From Psammoneis japonica (taxonomy: Eukaryota): a stretch of 64,000 bases of DNA. Below, piece by piece: positions 11,931-25,223 of this stretch. Under the pieces are notes generated by a model, which worked only from the letters and a program-made list of their open reading frames with translations, did no database searches and was not told where the DNA came from. The DNA is taken from NCBI GenBank assembly GCA_008632985.1, contig QPGO01000007.1, positions 434,001 through 498,000 of the forward strand, read 5' to 3'. How positions within the stretch are numbered: position 1 is the stretch's first letter; each line of letters begins with the position of its first letter. Both the position numbers and the translations under genes were made by a program.

Positions 11931-13599
11931 TCAACCCTCAAGCTGTTCGTCAATTTCACGAAAGTGCTGAAAGAACGCCTTGAATAGATTCGCCCCGTGG
12001 GTCACTAGGTGTTGAGGAAAGAACACAGGGTGAGCATATAGAAACCAAAGGGTAGTGAGTAATGGAAACTATTCTTTTTGACAAGATACGTACAATCTGC
12101 AATACCCATGACTTCTCGACACGAGTGCATGGAAAGTTGAGGCATGCCTGCGTCCACGGTACGAATGCCGGTGTTTCCGCTAATGATGGGACCAATGGTA
12201 GTTCCACAAGGACAATCGTTCCGCACCACAAACTCTTGAATAGGAACGTCCGCCTTACGTCCTAGTTCCCTCGCAATGAAACCAGTCACAGCATTGGTTG
12301 TGTACCTTTGGTTGCTGTTGGTCTTGATGACGACGCCGGCATTCATCATGGGAGTGTGGCTGGATTCATGCTTGGCTGTTCAACGGAAACGGACGAAAGT
12401 TTGAGCACAATAGCAGAGCCATAACAAGTATAGTGCCTTTCCCAAGAATGACTCACAAGCATAGTTGGGGTGAACGGCGTGCGCTTGGTCGACACTCAAC
12501 ACAAACGACTTTCGAATGCAAGCCGAGTACAGGTCAGGATCCAAAACGCCCTTATGTTCGCTTAACGCCGAAGAGATGCGTCGAACGGCTTCCATCATGA
12601 CGGGTGAACCAGCACCTTGAGCAGACTCTGTGTGAATTTCGCAAAGCAAAGAAAAATGGTTCAGTATAACTGGATAAGGAAGAACTTGCACAAGTCCAAT
12701 TTTATATACTCACGGCTTCCAACTTCTTCATGATCAAACATGGCAATAAGAGAAATATCCGTGTCATTCTCCAGATTCGCCGAGTGAGCCACAAGAGCTT
12801 CTAGGGAACAAAAGACTGTGGCTAGATTGTCCAAGCGCGCCGAGTAGAGAAACTCCTTTTCCAACCCACCCAAGCACGCTGGTTGAACATCGAAGAGATT
12901 CACTTCAAAGTCTGCGATATCGCTGACTTCAATGTCCAGTTCCTTGGCAATAGCTTGCAGTAAGAGCGGCTCATGACCACTGCCGCCTCCAAGTTGCTCT
13001 TCTGCGTTCTTTTCCAGGATAGACTGCGTTCCGAGAATAGGAGCCGTGTTGGTCTCCTTGTTGACTGTAAAGGCTTTCCATTCCTCGCGTGTTTGCAAGT
13101 GAATACAGAGTGTCGATATACGAGCCACGGGTTCGTTGATTTTGACAAGACGCTGTTCAATCTTGTCGTTGCGACGCACGAGGACCCGACCGCTCAAGCC
13201 GAGATCACGATCAAACCACGTATGCCAGAGACCGCCGCCATAGCATTCCACACCCAACATGAGGTACCCTTTTTCGTGCTTCTTCGAGTTGGGTTTGACT
13301 TTGAGGTTGGGAGAATCGGTATGCCCACCTATGATCTTAAAACCGTTGCCAGACTCGTATTTGGAACCCACGGTAAAAGCCACCAACGTCGAATGGTTCA
13401 CCGTGTAATAGTACTTGCCACCCGGAACAAGCTTGCCAGCAAAAGCTTCGCGCTTACGGAGTGGAGTAAACCCAGCAGCCTTTAATTGTTCGACGCTGTT
13501 GGAAACGGCATGAAAGGGATCAGGTGAAGCTGTCAGAAAGGTGCAAGCCTTCTCGGCAAGCTCAAGGTGTTGCTGGCTAATGTCCGTCGCTGTTGTCAT
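11931..13599 (-). CDS. DNPEP: Aspartyl aminopeptidase (peptidase M18), multi-exon
   Basis: GGHTDSPNL, VECYGGGLWHTWFDRDL, ARLDNL, FDHEEVGS, DQAHAVHPNY, CGTTIGP, QLSMHSCRE; introns near 12630-12713, 12378-12457 and 12006-12092. Confidence 0.93.
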
Positions 13600-14014
13600 G
13601 GTCGACCGCAGAAAAAGTGCGACATCGGATTGTCGTCGCGACATTGGAATCTGGAATCAAAAAACTGAAAACCGAGCATGTTTGAGAGGCGGCCTGACGC
13701 CACGGAGAGGAGTCGAGTGAGTCGTCGTCGTCGATAACATGAGAAAGGCCCTGCCGATGCGATGCCGGTAGGGCCCTACGGTAGCTTTGGAAGTTACCAC
13801 ACGCCACCTCTATGCTGCTAGTACCGTAAGAACAATGAGGGTGATCGGATCGGCGATCTTGGGCTGGCCCAGCCACCCACCACGCCACCTAATTGATGCC
13901 ACACCTAGCCAATTTTTGCCAAGAAGCAAAAGCAAAATCCGAGAGTTGAACTACGTGTTCGAAACGAGCGCAATATTAAAAAACATAGAAAGGCATCTTT
14001 GATTTTGAATGTGG

Positions 14015-15728
14015 TTAGGCGTCCTCTCTTGCGAGCGAATAAGCGGTAAAAGTCTTGGGGGGCCACGTCCATTTCCCAAGGGCACGGATGATATCCGCCA
14101 CAACTCGGTCTCGGAATTGAATTTCTTTGAGCTTGGATATCGAGTAATTGTATGCGCCTTGGATTGAGCGCAGTTGTTGGATATTCTCGCACCATCGATC
14201 AAGCTTTTCCGTATCATCTTGCATTCCCTTTTTTTCAAGAACCTTGAAGAGGTCTGAGCGGGTCTTTTCGTCCACATCTGGTGGACCACATCTATGGCAT
14301 ACTGGGATGATCTTTCTTTTGGAACAGAACGCGAGGTCAAGTTCATGTAGACACCAGTATCTATGAAAGAAGCTCGGGGACAGAACGCACACAAAGACTT
14401 TGCACTGCTGTACGTTTCTTTCAATCTTCTGCTCAAACGTTTCACCAGTTTGAATACTCTGAGCGTCAAAGAAGGCATCAACACCGTGTTGTCTGTATAA
14501 AAAATCACAAAGGTACGCAGCAAAAATCATGGAAGGCTCATCTTGACCTGTGTGGCTGACAAACACTTCCGATGCCTTACCGAGGCGTGTTTGTTCCTTC
14601 GTGAGTTCCTGTAGCTCCCTTTGCTGCTCCCTAAGGAGACGTTGAAGGGGAGCTGGTGTATTTGTGATTAGAAATGGATCTTGTAGATACACTCCAGTAT
14701 ACTGAATAGCATGCAAGATTGGTGCCATGAGTTCGTCCCGTTTCACAACCATGGACGTTTCTCTTTTAGGCTGTTTGCATGTGAAAGGTTATTTTCAATT
14801 CCCGGCAATTGCACTCTGACTAGTTCGAGGCGTTTCTTTTGGTCTTCGGCACCGATTCCTACATTGACATCCTCAGAAGTCGCTCCTGGCTCTAGTCCCC
14901 TCCCAATGATGATGTCGAGTTCCTCCAAAATAGCATTGAGGATCGGGACTGATCCGTGTTTTTTGATGAACTCCTTAACGCATTTCAATCGGTCCTCGGT
15001 CGATGCCAGAAATTCTTCGACAGGGGTATACGATTCTGGAAGGCTAGGGCCCTTGCGGTTGCATTATTGTTGTCTCGCACGCCAACATCTGCTCCAAATG
15101 CAACCAAGACTTTCACCGTCTCCAAACAACCATTCATGGATGCTCGATGTAATGGGGTGTTTCCGTCAATGTCGCAAGGAGATGCATCGACTTTCTTGCT
15201 TTCAAGCATCCATTTAACTAAGTCTGCATGACCGTAGCAGCTAGCAGTATGCAAGGGGGATTCTCCTTCTTCGCCTCTGGTTAGAATGTTGGCACCGTGC
15301 TCAACCAGGATAATCAAAGTCTGCTTGTGTCCGTTTTCACAGGTCAAGAATAAAGCTTCCTCGACTTCTGACTCTTCGGGTCTATCCTCTTGTGGCAATT
15401 CTAACATCCACTGCACAACAGAGGAGTGGCCAAAAAAGCTAGCTTCTAGGAATGCTGATGTTTTGTGTTCGTTCGTCCATGTGGGATTGGCCCCTTTGCG
15501 GTACAAATCCTGAGCTAGAACCAATTTGCCATCTGCGCAAGCACGGATAAAGTGCTCTTCAATTTCTTCGTCATCCTTCTCCGTCTCTCTTCTTTGGTGG
15601 CGTCCTTGTCGGCGCCCCTGTCTCTTCTTGTTTCGTAACCCTGCAAACATCATGGTGATTAGAGCAATGGGAAACACGAAGCCGAAAGCAAGAGCGGGTT
15701 CGCGGTTTTTTAGTCTTACGTAAAACAA
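14015..15728 (-). CDS. Ankyrin-repeat + TIR-domain protein (two 1-bp frameshifts, ~15030 and ~14770)
   Basis: About 5 ANK repeats (GESPLHTAS, GNTPLHRAS); C-terminal TIR: VFVSHTG.D, AFFDAQSIQTGE, VCVLSPSFF.RYWCLHEL. The three ORFs join end-to-end by single frame changes. Confidence 0.8.
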
Positions 15729-15829
15729 CCCGGATTTTGGGAGAGGCGTAGATCCGCCGTGCCGTAGACCTCTCTCTCTCTAGCTAGCTAGAGCCACTGT
15801 CGGCAGAGTAGCTGCTCTAGCTAGAGCAG

Positions 15830-18560
15830 GGTCCTGGCCTTCCGCAACTTTGTCGTCGATTGCTCACATCGTCAAATCACAGTTGCCGGCCGGCCTCCCA
15901 TTTCCAGTGCAATTGCACATCAGCCACTGGGACTTTGAATTGTTGAGTGCCACATGCAAAATTTCAAGGGGCGGCCGAGCTTTTCGAAGTTTGAGGAGAT
16001 GACATCATCGCCCATCCTCCATGTGAAGGGATGCAAACAATGCAAAAGCCATGGCCCAACACTCTAATTTGTTCACAAACTTGTCATGTGATGGCATCAA
16101 CAGTGTGGCACACTGCTGCAGCAACAGCACTTGATTCATGTGGGGCAAGAACACAGTGCTGTCACTTTTCTGGCAACAGCAGAACAGCCTTGGGTGGGCA
16201 GGCAATGATGAAAAGAGGTGACAGAAACAAAAAATGCACCCAGGGAGGCATCAGGTGCCAAATTGCAGAGCACAAAGTGGGCAACAGAAACTCTGGAATT
16301 TTGACACAAAGTCAAATGGAGGGTCAGCACCACAAGTGATTTTTGTCAGCCCCCTCCTCTCCTCTCTCTCAGAGAAATCAGAAGCCCATGAGACAGCAGC
16401 CACTGGCATCCCTGAGGTGGTCTCTTGAAGAAAAGAGTGACAACCTGTCTGAGCAACTCACAAGGACTGACATGCACGCTGCAGCTGAAAGCTGGTTGAA
16501 GGGTGGCGTGTGTCACACAAACAGGCTTGCCTTTGGCATGTGCTGTTGGCACATCATCATGGGGGGCTCTCTTTTTTTTTTGAAGAGTCAATCATCACAC
16601 CAATTGTTCACAACAATCCCAAGAAAGTCCAAACGCCAGTCCAAACTTCCATGTTTTGAGTTGTTCTTGTGTTGTGGCAGAGTGGCCAATCTTCAAGCAG
16701 CCATCATTGCAACAATGGCAACTGTGTTTGCACAACCAAGTTCTTCATCATGGAGAAATTGAGACCCATGGAGACCCCACCCTTGACAACTGCTTTCTTG
16801 ACAAGCTTTTGGGGTCATTCTTGATGGTGAAGAATGCAAGGGGCCAGAGCCAGGTCTTCTCAATCTTTTGTGATGCACAGGAGGGTGCAGTCGTGCCCAG
16901 AGGTGGAGCATGACCTTTCCCCTGTCAAGCAGCTTGGTGTCACACAAGGCCGCTGCAGCAACATCCAGGAACTCGGGTGTTCCCTTGACAGTTTGAAAAC
17001 CACAAAAAACACAGACATGGTGAGGCCAGCAGTGTGAGCCAGGGTGACATCATTGTTGTGGCTGATTTTGATGTTTTGCAGCTTTGCTGCAGTGTGAAAA
17101 GACCGGCAGCACTGTCATGATGGTTCTTCAGTCACCCAACCACCAAAGCCAGGCCTGTGGGAGCATTGACCATGGCTGCTGGCAGAGTCTAGTTCTTGCC
17201 ATGGTGGTCATGCCAGATGGCAAAATGATCAGTGACATGGGGCAGCTGCAATCATGCCAGATGGCTCATGTTGAGTTTGGGGCCAGATTTCAGATTGTTG
17301 TTGTCTGCAAGTTGTATTGTGTGATTTGCATTGTTGGGCACAGATGCGTGTGATGCATTTCTGCAAATGTGCCATCACAGTTGTGTTTCAATTTACAAGG
17401 TGAGGACAGGAGCTCAGATTGTCAGCAGGTCATGAGTCATGGCAAAATCCAGGTGCAGTGGTGCAGGTGTTTTTGTGTGGAAATCTGCGGTGAGAGCATG
17501 CCAGGTTGCGGATTTGGCATCATTTGATGCAGCATGTCCTCACTTCATTTTGGTTGATGTTGTTGCTTGTCATTCACAGCAAACAGAGATTCTGTTGTTG
17601 ACAGCACTTCATTGTTGGCAACACATGTGCACAAACTTGTGCAATGGTTTGCACCACCAAGCAAGCTGCATGCAAGAATGCTGGGTGCAAGACAGTCTGC
17701 AAAATGGCGCATGGCAAAGTGGCAAAAGAAGCTTCAAAGGCTGTTGGCGGAAGGAAAAAATGGCACTGTTGCCATCCTGGAGCTGTTGCATTGCATGAAA
17801 TTTGAAAGCGTGAGAAATCAACAGAGTTGTTGATTTGTGAAATGCCATTTTTGCACTTTGTTCATCAAGTTGCCGATGAAGTGATGAAAGAACCAGGAGT
17901 GCAGGGGGATTGAAAATGTCCCGGCCAAGATTCCAGTGGACAGCTGTGTTGGCATTGCAAGAAGCTTGCAACATTTGTGCCAACAATGACCATTGCACAC
18001 TGACCTTCATCCACAATCTGCACAATCAAAAAGTCATTCAACCTTGCGCCATCACACCCGCCACCACTCCCAACTGGGAGGAAAAAACCGCAAACGTGTG
18101 TGCGCGTGGGCATCGACGCTGCTGCACGAAAAGGCACTCAGCACCAACACACAAGTTGCGCACATGCACACTTGACAAAAGCAAGCAACTCAACCTTTCA
18201 TCAGCAACTTGGGCATTGATGAACACCATTAAATTTGACGCTTCACGATGATCTTGACACCGCCAAATGACGCTGGCGCTCTTTTTCTTCTTTTGCACTG
18301 CCACAATTGTGGCACCGCACACATGGCAAGTTGCCACTCAACACAATTTTTCTGCTGTGCCTGTTTCATGTGTGATTTATGGTTGAATGCCTTTGTTGAA
18401 AACCAGCAAAAACTGAGAGTCCCTCTCAACATGCCACGCTAGCGCAATCCCGATTTTGAGCAAACTTCCAGCTCTTCTGGAAAACAGCTCCACACACCCA
18501 CCTCAGGGAGTTCATCGATTTTTAGGAAGGCCCCATCAACTCTAATGTCCTCCATGATCG
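15830..18560 (-). mobile_element. Hypermutated degenerate element/gene, possibly a Cys-rich (KDZ-like) transposase
   Basis: TpA/CpG-depleted block. A minus-strand ORF starting MEDIRVDG (~18555) runs into it with CHVCG...WRC and later CSK...PHHVCVFCGF...HDCTLL...NTVA fragments. Family assignment is speculative. Confidence 0.4.
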
Positions 18561-18762
18561 TTCTTCGAATTTGAGCAATTGACTTGGACCAAACAGCCCA
18601 TGCGTTCGAAAACACGAGGGACTCTCTGCTGAAATGGATGGCGAAAGACCTGGAAAGACCGATCCACCGACCGACCGACCGACCGGACACGAAAAAGTCT
18701 GTAAAAACGAAACCACGCACTCAGTGGTCAGAAAGGTCCATCAAGAAAAATGCACAATTTCA

Positions 18763-19007
18763 AAATTTCAAAACAGCATGCGGGGTGCGATTGACAGCCG
18801 CATCAACTTATCACGCACCGCCAATCATCCTTTGAAACATTCTGACTTGGACTCCCCAGGCTTTGACGCGCTGGAGTCACAAAGGAATGAAAATTTCAAA
18901 GTGGTATGCGGGGTGCGATTGACAGCTGCATCAACCAATCACAACACCGCCAATCATCCTTTGAAACATTCTGACTTGGACTCCCCAGGCTTTGACGCCC
19001 TGGAGTC
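18763..19007 (+). repeat. Tandem direct repeat, 2 x ~128 bp
   Basis: TGCGGGGTGCGATTGACAGC...CCAATCATCCTTTGAAACATTCTGACTTGGACTCCCCAGGCTTTGACGC at 18779 and 18907. Confidence 0.9.
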
Positions 19008-19053
19008 TCATATTTTTACAACATCTCAGGAAGAATTGCAGCACAGCAACAAA

Positions 19054-19229
19054 ATGGTCTTTGGATTCTCTTCATCTTCGCCTTGAACGCTGTTGGTTTC
19101 ACCACTGGTGGTGTTGCCGCCGGGTCCATCGCAGCCTGTATCCACTCGATGATTGGAAATGTGGCCTCAGGAAGCCTGTTTGCTCTGCTTCAAAGCATAG
19201 GTGCGACTGGGATGGCGTTGTTTGTCTAG
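19054..19229 (+). CDS. Small IFI6/IFI27 (Ifi-6-16/ISG12) family membrane protein (1-bp indel just after ATG)
   Basis: Frame from 19056 reads GLWILFIFALNAVGFTTGGVAAGSIAACIHSMIGNVASGSLFALLQSIGATG, matching the ISG12 GFT..G.AAGS.AA...GSL.A.LQS.GA pattern; absent from the ORF track. Confidence 0.75.
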
Positions 19230-20935
19230 TGCATGGGAAGAGTCCAAGAAAGAGAGATGAACCAGCTTGTGAGTGGCCGAAAGACGAAAGTGAAAAGCAA
19301 GACTAGGATGAATGAGTAGAATCATCACGGCATTTGTCATTCTCAAGGTGCTTGATCCAAAAGCGTTTATAATCTAAATTTGACTAGGGATTAATTTTCT
19401 TACAAAAGACATGAACGCAGTACTCGTAGCTCTTGTTCTTTGCGCCGCCCCCCCCCCCCCCCCCCCAGCAGTCGAGTCAATTCGCTGCTACTAGTGTAGA
19501 GTGCACCATGCCTCGTTTCTACCTTCTACCGTTCGACCCGAAGTCGTAGTTTCTCCTCGTCCGCCTTTTCATCACAAATAGTGGCTGGAAACACTCGTGG
19601 GTCCAATCGTGTTGCGTCAACTGACTGTCAACGTCGTCCCTCCCATCGACACCCACCATTGACTCTACCGTAAAGTAATAAAGCGCGATCTAATGATGGA
19701 GAGTCTTCGAGTCGAGAATCGTTTGTAGCAATTTGCTTCCCTTCACACTTTGGCCTCATGCGATGCACAGTTACTGGAAGAGAACCCCAAGGGATGAAAT
19801 AGTTCTGCCGGGCTGTTGGATAAATCTATCGCGAATCGCGATCAGTCGGCTGCACTGAGCCGTACAAAGTAGGATGGAAGCTATATCCCTTGGCTCTGCC
19901 CCATCTTTGCTGCACAATGGTCTTAATGGTGCTACGCCACCTTTAGCGATCGCTGTTGGTCATGATAAACGAGGCCATTGTAGAAATGCACACTGTACTT
20001 TCCAACTTCGTTCTACCGCCTCGAGGAGCCGGACAGGACATTCACACACCGAACAAAGTCAAGTGTGCTGCTAGCACAGATGCAACATGAATCCATACTT
20101 CCTATAAGGAGTAAAAATTTATTACAGCAACAGCGTGTCATTAGATAATAGATGATCTTTCGCAACGGTCTCGCATCAGCTTGACTCATTCACAAAAGAG
20201 CGACTTACCATCAATAGACAACGCAGGTACACAAGCAATTGTCAATATTATTGTTAGTGTAATTTTTAGGAAGTTTCTTTCGATTCAAAAGGGAGCGTAG
20301 GACACGCCACAGTCCCGTCCGATGTGATGAAGAACATTGGTTGAAACAAAATGGTGTCGACACCGACACGAAACTATCAGCCGTTGCTACTCGTTGGGGC
20401 TACTGGCATGATCGAAATCCTTTATCTATAAGTGTTTGAAACGAATGTATCAAAGAAAATGAGTGAGATAATGAAACAAAAGCGCAATAAGATTCGATCG
20501 CGACAGAGAGCGAAGATGAGCAGCGAATCATCGTGGTGCCAGTATAAAGTTCTCTTTTTCATCTTACAAATGACCGATTACCTTCAAACAAGCAAAGTAT
20601 ATTCATTCTATATGATAGTTAAGACTAGTGGTTAGCGTTGGTTTTGTTGAAAGGATCGGAAATAGTCTAATAAGCCGCTCCGATTCTCATGGTGTGTGAT
20701 GTGTGCGTGATGTGCTGTTTTGAGGAATGTGAGCACACGTGACTGAATCAGTCCCGTCTAACTTCTTGGAGACGCGCGCTGCGCGCTCGACTTCCCTCAC
20801 GGACCGACGACAGGCTCTCCAGATTCTTCTCCTCAAAACAGCACACAGCACGTTGACGTTGCGGGAGCGAGAGTGGCGGTGTGTTGCTGTTGTTCAATTC
20901 TTTTTGTGGTTGTGACAGTGTCTTAGTCAATCACA

Positions 20936-23151
20936 ATGTACTCTCAGTATCAGCAATATCAGCAGAATGGCGCTACGACAACGTCGGGTCAGCACTGGAA
21001 CGGAACGTCGTGGGTATCGACCGCTGCTGCTGCTGCCACTCCGACTGCTACGAGTACGCAGTACACTCCCGCAGCATCGTCCTATGCCAGCAATCCCAAT
21101 GCAAACATTGTTGCAACCTACACACAGTATTACTACAAGTGGAAACAACGAGCGGATCAACAGCAACAGCTTGCTCAGTCGTTGCCCGAGGGCCAGGCCA
21201 AGGCGCAAGCCCTTTGTCAAGCGCAGTGGGCGACGTATTACGCCGAGCAGAGCACCCGTGCAGCACACCACTATAGCGGTTCTCAGGTTTTGCAAACACC
21301 ACCGCCTCTTCCACCGGCTCCTCCAGAACCTTCGACTGCTCCGCAGCAGGTGGTATCACAGCAGCCTTCAGTTGCGCCTCAGCCTGCTGCGGTGTCACAG
21401 CCACGCGCTGCTGCTGCAGCAGCTCAGGCCCCAGCGCCACAGTCGCAGCAGCAACAACACCGAAGCAAGTGGGATTCGAAACCACCCACGAATGATGCAC
21501 CTGGAGGGATGAAGGAGTATGTACACCGGTGTTTGGCGCGGTGCTCGACCGAAGAGGAAAAGCAGAAGGTACAGAAAGAGGTGGAGAAGATCATTACCAG
21601 AGCGATTCAGAACGGAACCATGCACACGATGGATTGGAACTCGTTGGAGTTAATCGAGATCAAGGGCAAGGATGAAACTAACAAGCGGAAGAATCATCAT
21701 GAGGATACGAGTTATTATGGACGGACTGCTGATTCTACAAGTGATTATTATGGACCGAGTGCAGCTCAAAAGACGGAAACTACAAACTATTATGGATCTG
21801 AGAATCAAGCGGATGGATATTATGGAAAGAGCACTGCGCAATCCAAGAAGAAGCAGAAGAAGAAGGCACGTCATGGTAAGAAGAATCATGGAAACAATCA
21901 TTACGGGAGATTGCCCAGTTACGATGAAGGATTAGCTGAGAATGATAGTTACTACGGTTTGAACAACACTGGAGAGGAAGATTTCATCGCGATGGAACGT
22001 TCTCCCAAGAGTAAAAAGAAGGTTATACCTTCGCCAGATGGCTTTGAACGTTCTTCGTTGGCGTTGAAGAAACGAGCGAATCGTTTTTCGGGAAGAGGCG
22101 GAGTGGCTCACGCTGCTGCGGTTCCCAAGTCGGCGGGACAGGAAGTGCAACGGTACATGGGAATGGGAGTGATTGGAGGCCAGCACAAGGCGTTGGAGGA
22201 GGCAGATTATGAACACTTGACGGTAAAGGGTACGTGTCGAACGTTGGAAAAGCAATATTTACGTCTCACCGCGCCACCAAAGGCAGAGTTGGTTCGTCCA
22301 CAGCCGATTTTGGAACAACACGTGCAGAATTTAAAACAAGAGTGGAGTCAAGCCAAAAAGCGAGACTATGCTTGGTTTTGTTCGCAATTCAAGGCGGTTC
22401 GACAGGATTTAACGGTACAGAGAATCAACAACGAATTCACTGTGGATGCGTATGAAACGCACGCAAGGATTGCGCTGCAAGAAGGTGACTTGAACGAGTA
22501 TAACCAGTGTCAAACACAGCTTAAGGAATTGTATGATAAACTTCGAGAGAACGAAAAGGCGTTGAAGAATCGTAACGAGTTTGTTGCATATCGTATCATT
22601 TATTACGTCTTTTTGATGGGAAACAAAAAGTATGAAGGCGGATCTTCTGACTTGCTCAAGATTATGTTGTCGCTCACCCCACATCAGCGAGACGATCCCG
22701 CTATTGTTCACGCATTGAAAGGTAAGTGAGAAAAGAATGACGTTTGCTTGTATTCCTAGTTGTTCCCACCCTTCTGACAATCTGTTTGTTTTCTTTGAAT
22801 CTCCATATTGTTGTAGTTCGCGCTTCAGTTGCTGAAAACGACTACCATGCTTTTTTCCAGCTGCAGGATTCTTGCCCTAATCCGGGTTCTTACCTTATGG
22901 ATTACATGGTGCCCAAGGTGCGCCATTGGGGTCTCCAGCGAATCTGTAAGGCGTATCGTCCGACACTTCCGGTCCTTTACGTATTGCAAGAGCTGGGTTT
23001 TGATCCAAAGGATCCAGCAGAGGTGGAAGAAGGCAAGCAGTGGCTCGCTAGCTCCGGCTGCGTGTTGAAGGACAACGAGGAAACATTGTCTTGCAAAGAT
23101 AGTGTCGTCCGTGAGAGTGACATGACGGCCAATACTTCTTCGCTTATTTGA
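20936..23151 (+). CDS. SAC3/GANP-domain protein, LENG8/THP3 type; intron 22722-22816
   Basis: VKGTCRTLEKQYLRLTAPP...VRPQ, SQFKAVRQDLTVQRI, YETHARIALQEGDLNEYNQCQ, EFVAYRIIY; GT-AG intron restores ALKVRAS. Confidence 0.9.
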
Positions 23152-24147
23152 GGGTCCCTCTTGTCTTTGTGGGGTTTCTTTGTGCTACTTTTGTTTTTCT
23201 TTCTTGTCGCGCTCTGTTTGAGCTTTTTAACAATATTGGGCTGACACGAGGATTCAGTTGTTTCTTTGGGTTATTTACATTCTTTTCGCTTTCTTCATCA
23301 ACGTCCTTCTATTTCGCTGGGGATTTGTTCTTTTTTATTCTTCTTCTGAGTTCCTGAAGCTGCCATCCTTCCAGTCTTGGGTCTCAACCTTTCTTTCCCG
23401 ACGCTCAACTATCGAGCGACATTTAGCAGAGTTGTACCGCGCACTTTGCAAGATCGGCGGTGGTTTCATTGGGTGCTGCATTCGAGAGCGCAGGTTAAAC
23501 TCGTCTCTGTTGAACCATTGATGGAATTGCGGGCTTTGCGGAGGAAGTGCAGCAGAGACGCTGTGTTCAAGCGCAGTACTAGTGTATTAGTATGGCTCGA
23601 TTTTCGTGAGTGGCGTCCGCTTGAAAGTTGCTTTTGCTGATTCCGTTGAGGCTTGTCGATGGGGATGGATGTACGTTGGTGTTCTCTTGGTAATTGGAGG
23701 GAGAGAAAGATGATCCGTCTGCTGGAGTTCCCACAAGATTAAGTGCGTTTTGAGTTTTTGTTGTCGGTCAATTGTTAGCATATAGATAAATATCAGATTT
23801 CATCAGAAGTCAGTAACTCTAGCGCCCGTATGTAACTGCAGGACTCTGTACTTCTTCTACCGGGTGGTCTAGAGAGTTCATTGTCAATTGGAATTCCAAT
23901 TTACAGAATTGGGGACAGCAGTTAGTTTCGATTAAGTTAGACCTCTGTACACTTTTCGTTTACGTCCGTCGGCCGTCGGACCGGACAGTTAGCAGTCGCC
24001 ATGTCTGTCCGCGGTCGCAGGTCAGCGAAAAAAAAAATGCAACAAAAATAGCCAAGCAACAACAAGCAACCTGCACGGCATGTTTGCTTGCGTGAAAGGC
24101 CACAACAGTTAGACTGCATCACTACGGTACACTCAAGTAGCTTCTTT

Positions 24148-25093
24148 ATGAGGGGGTGGACAACGTTTTTGATTTTGGGAAGTGTTGGGGCTTGGGTGCC
24201 TCCCACAACACGAACAGCAACAACCTGCTCTCACCACGCCGTTTTCGCAACGCATCTTTCCGCGCATGAAGTACATTGGCTGGATCAGGAAGCAAGAGAA
24301 GAATGCGAGCGCGAAGGTATTCCTCTTGGAGAATCCATTGCTGAAGGCGAGGTGGTTGTATGCCTACCCAACGTTGCCAGCCCAGACGATTGTAACAGAC
24401 TGTTTGAGGCCGGTCTCCAGGCGTGTGAGGGACGAGGCTCTGCAGCTCGTGGACGAAGTCGGTTTAGTGTTTCGGATCCAACGGCCTTTTCAAACGACGT
24501 GGTATTGGTATGCGAAGAAATACTGCTTAAAGTGATGGACTATTTGGACGAAAACATTCCCTCCGTGTACGAGACGCTATTCTTGCCTGGCGAACATTGG
24601 GCAGAGTGGCAACCTCTGAACGCACAGCTCGAGCAACCAACAGTACCGCCAGCTGATCATTTGACAGAAACCTGCGACAGTCTCCGAGAGCTTTACATGA
24701 TGGGCGAACTAGAATGGTCTGAAGGAGAACCAGCAATCAATATATATGAGACTAAGGGGTATTTCGGGTGTCACAAAGATCATCTCGCTCTCACAGTGTT
24801 GATCCCCTTGACATCACCAGATACGTTTTCGGGTGGTGGAACCGGCTTTTGGAAGGGAAATCGTGATGTAGATGAAAATCCAAAGGATCCCCTACGATTG
24901 TACTGAAACCTCCACCTGGATCAGCCCTTATCTTTGGGGGTGATGTCACACACTCCGGAATGCCGGTGGAAGACGGACTTCGCTCCGTTTTGTCTGTTCG
25001 TTTAGCACACGAACACCAGCTTCATCGGAGGATCGTCTCCATGGAATGTTAGCTCCTCCAAAGACAAGCGCAAACTTTAAGGGGACCATCTAG
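24148..25093 (+). CDS. 2OG-Fe(II) dioxygenase (prolyl-4-hydroxylase-like), probable plastid presequence; indels near 24890 and 24990
   Basis: HKD, LTVLIPL, FSGGGTGFW, downstream GSALIFGGDVTHSG...R; signal peptide ending VGA-W. The second copy at ~47095 shows the extra base that keeps frame. Confidence 0.8.
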
Positions 25094-25223
25094 TATTAAA
25101 TAAAAAAGAAATTGATGGATCGAACGTACTTGTAGCATTCACATCACCGCATGCGTGTTGATGCTATCCGTTTCCCCTGTTGCTCTGATTCTAGTTTCTT
25201 TTCTGCCGTTGAGGCTAGCTTTT

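Noticed and set aside
19448..19466. Long poly-C/G runs (also ~11155 and ~36187) as G-quadruplex elements
   Set aside because: Simple homopolymers of unreliable length with no supporting context.
19310..20900. Possible ncRNA or gene in the long intergenic region
   Set aside because: No tRNA/rRNA/snRNA motif or convincing ORF recognised by eye.
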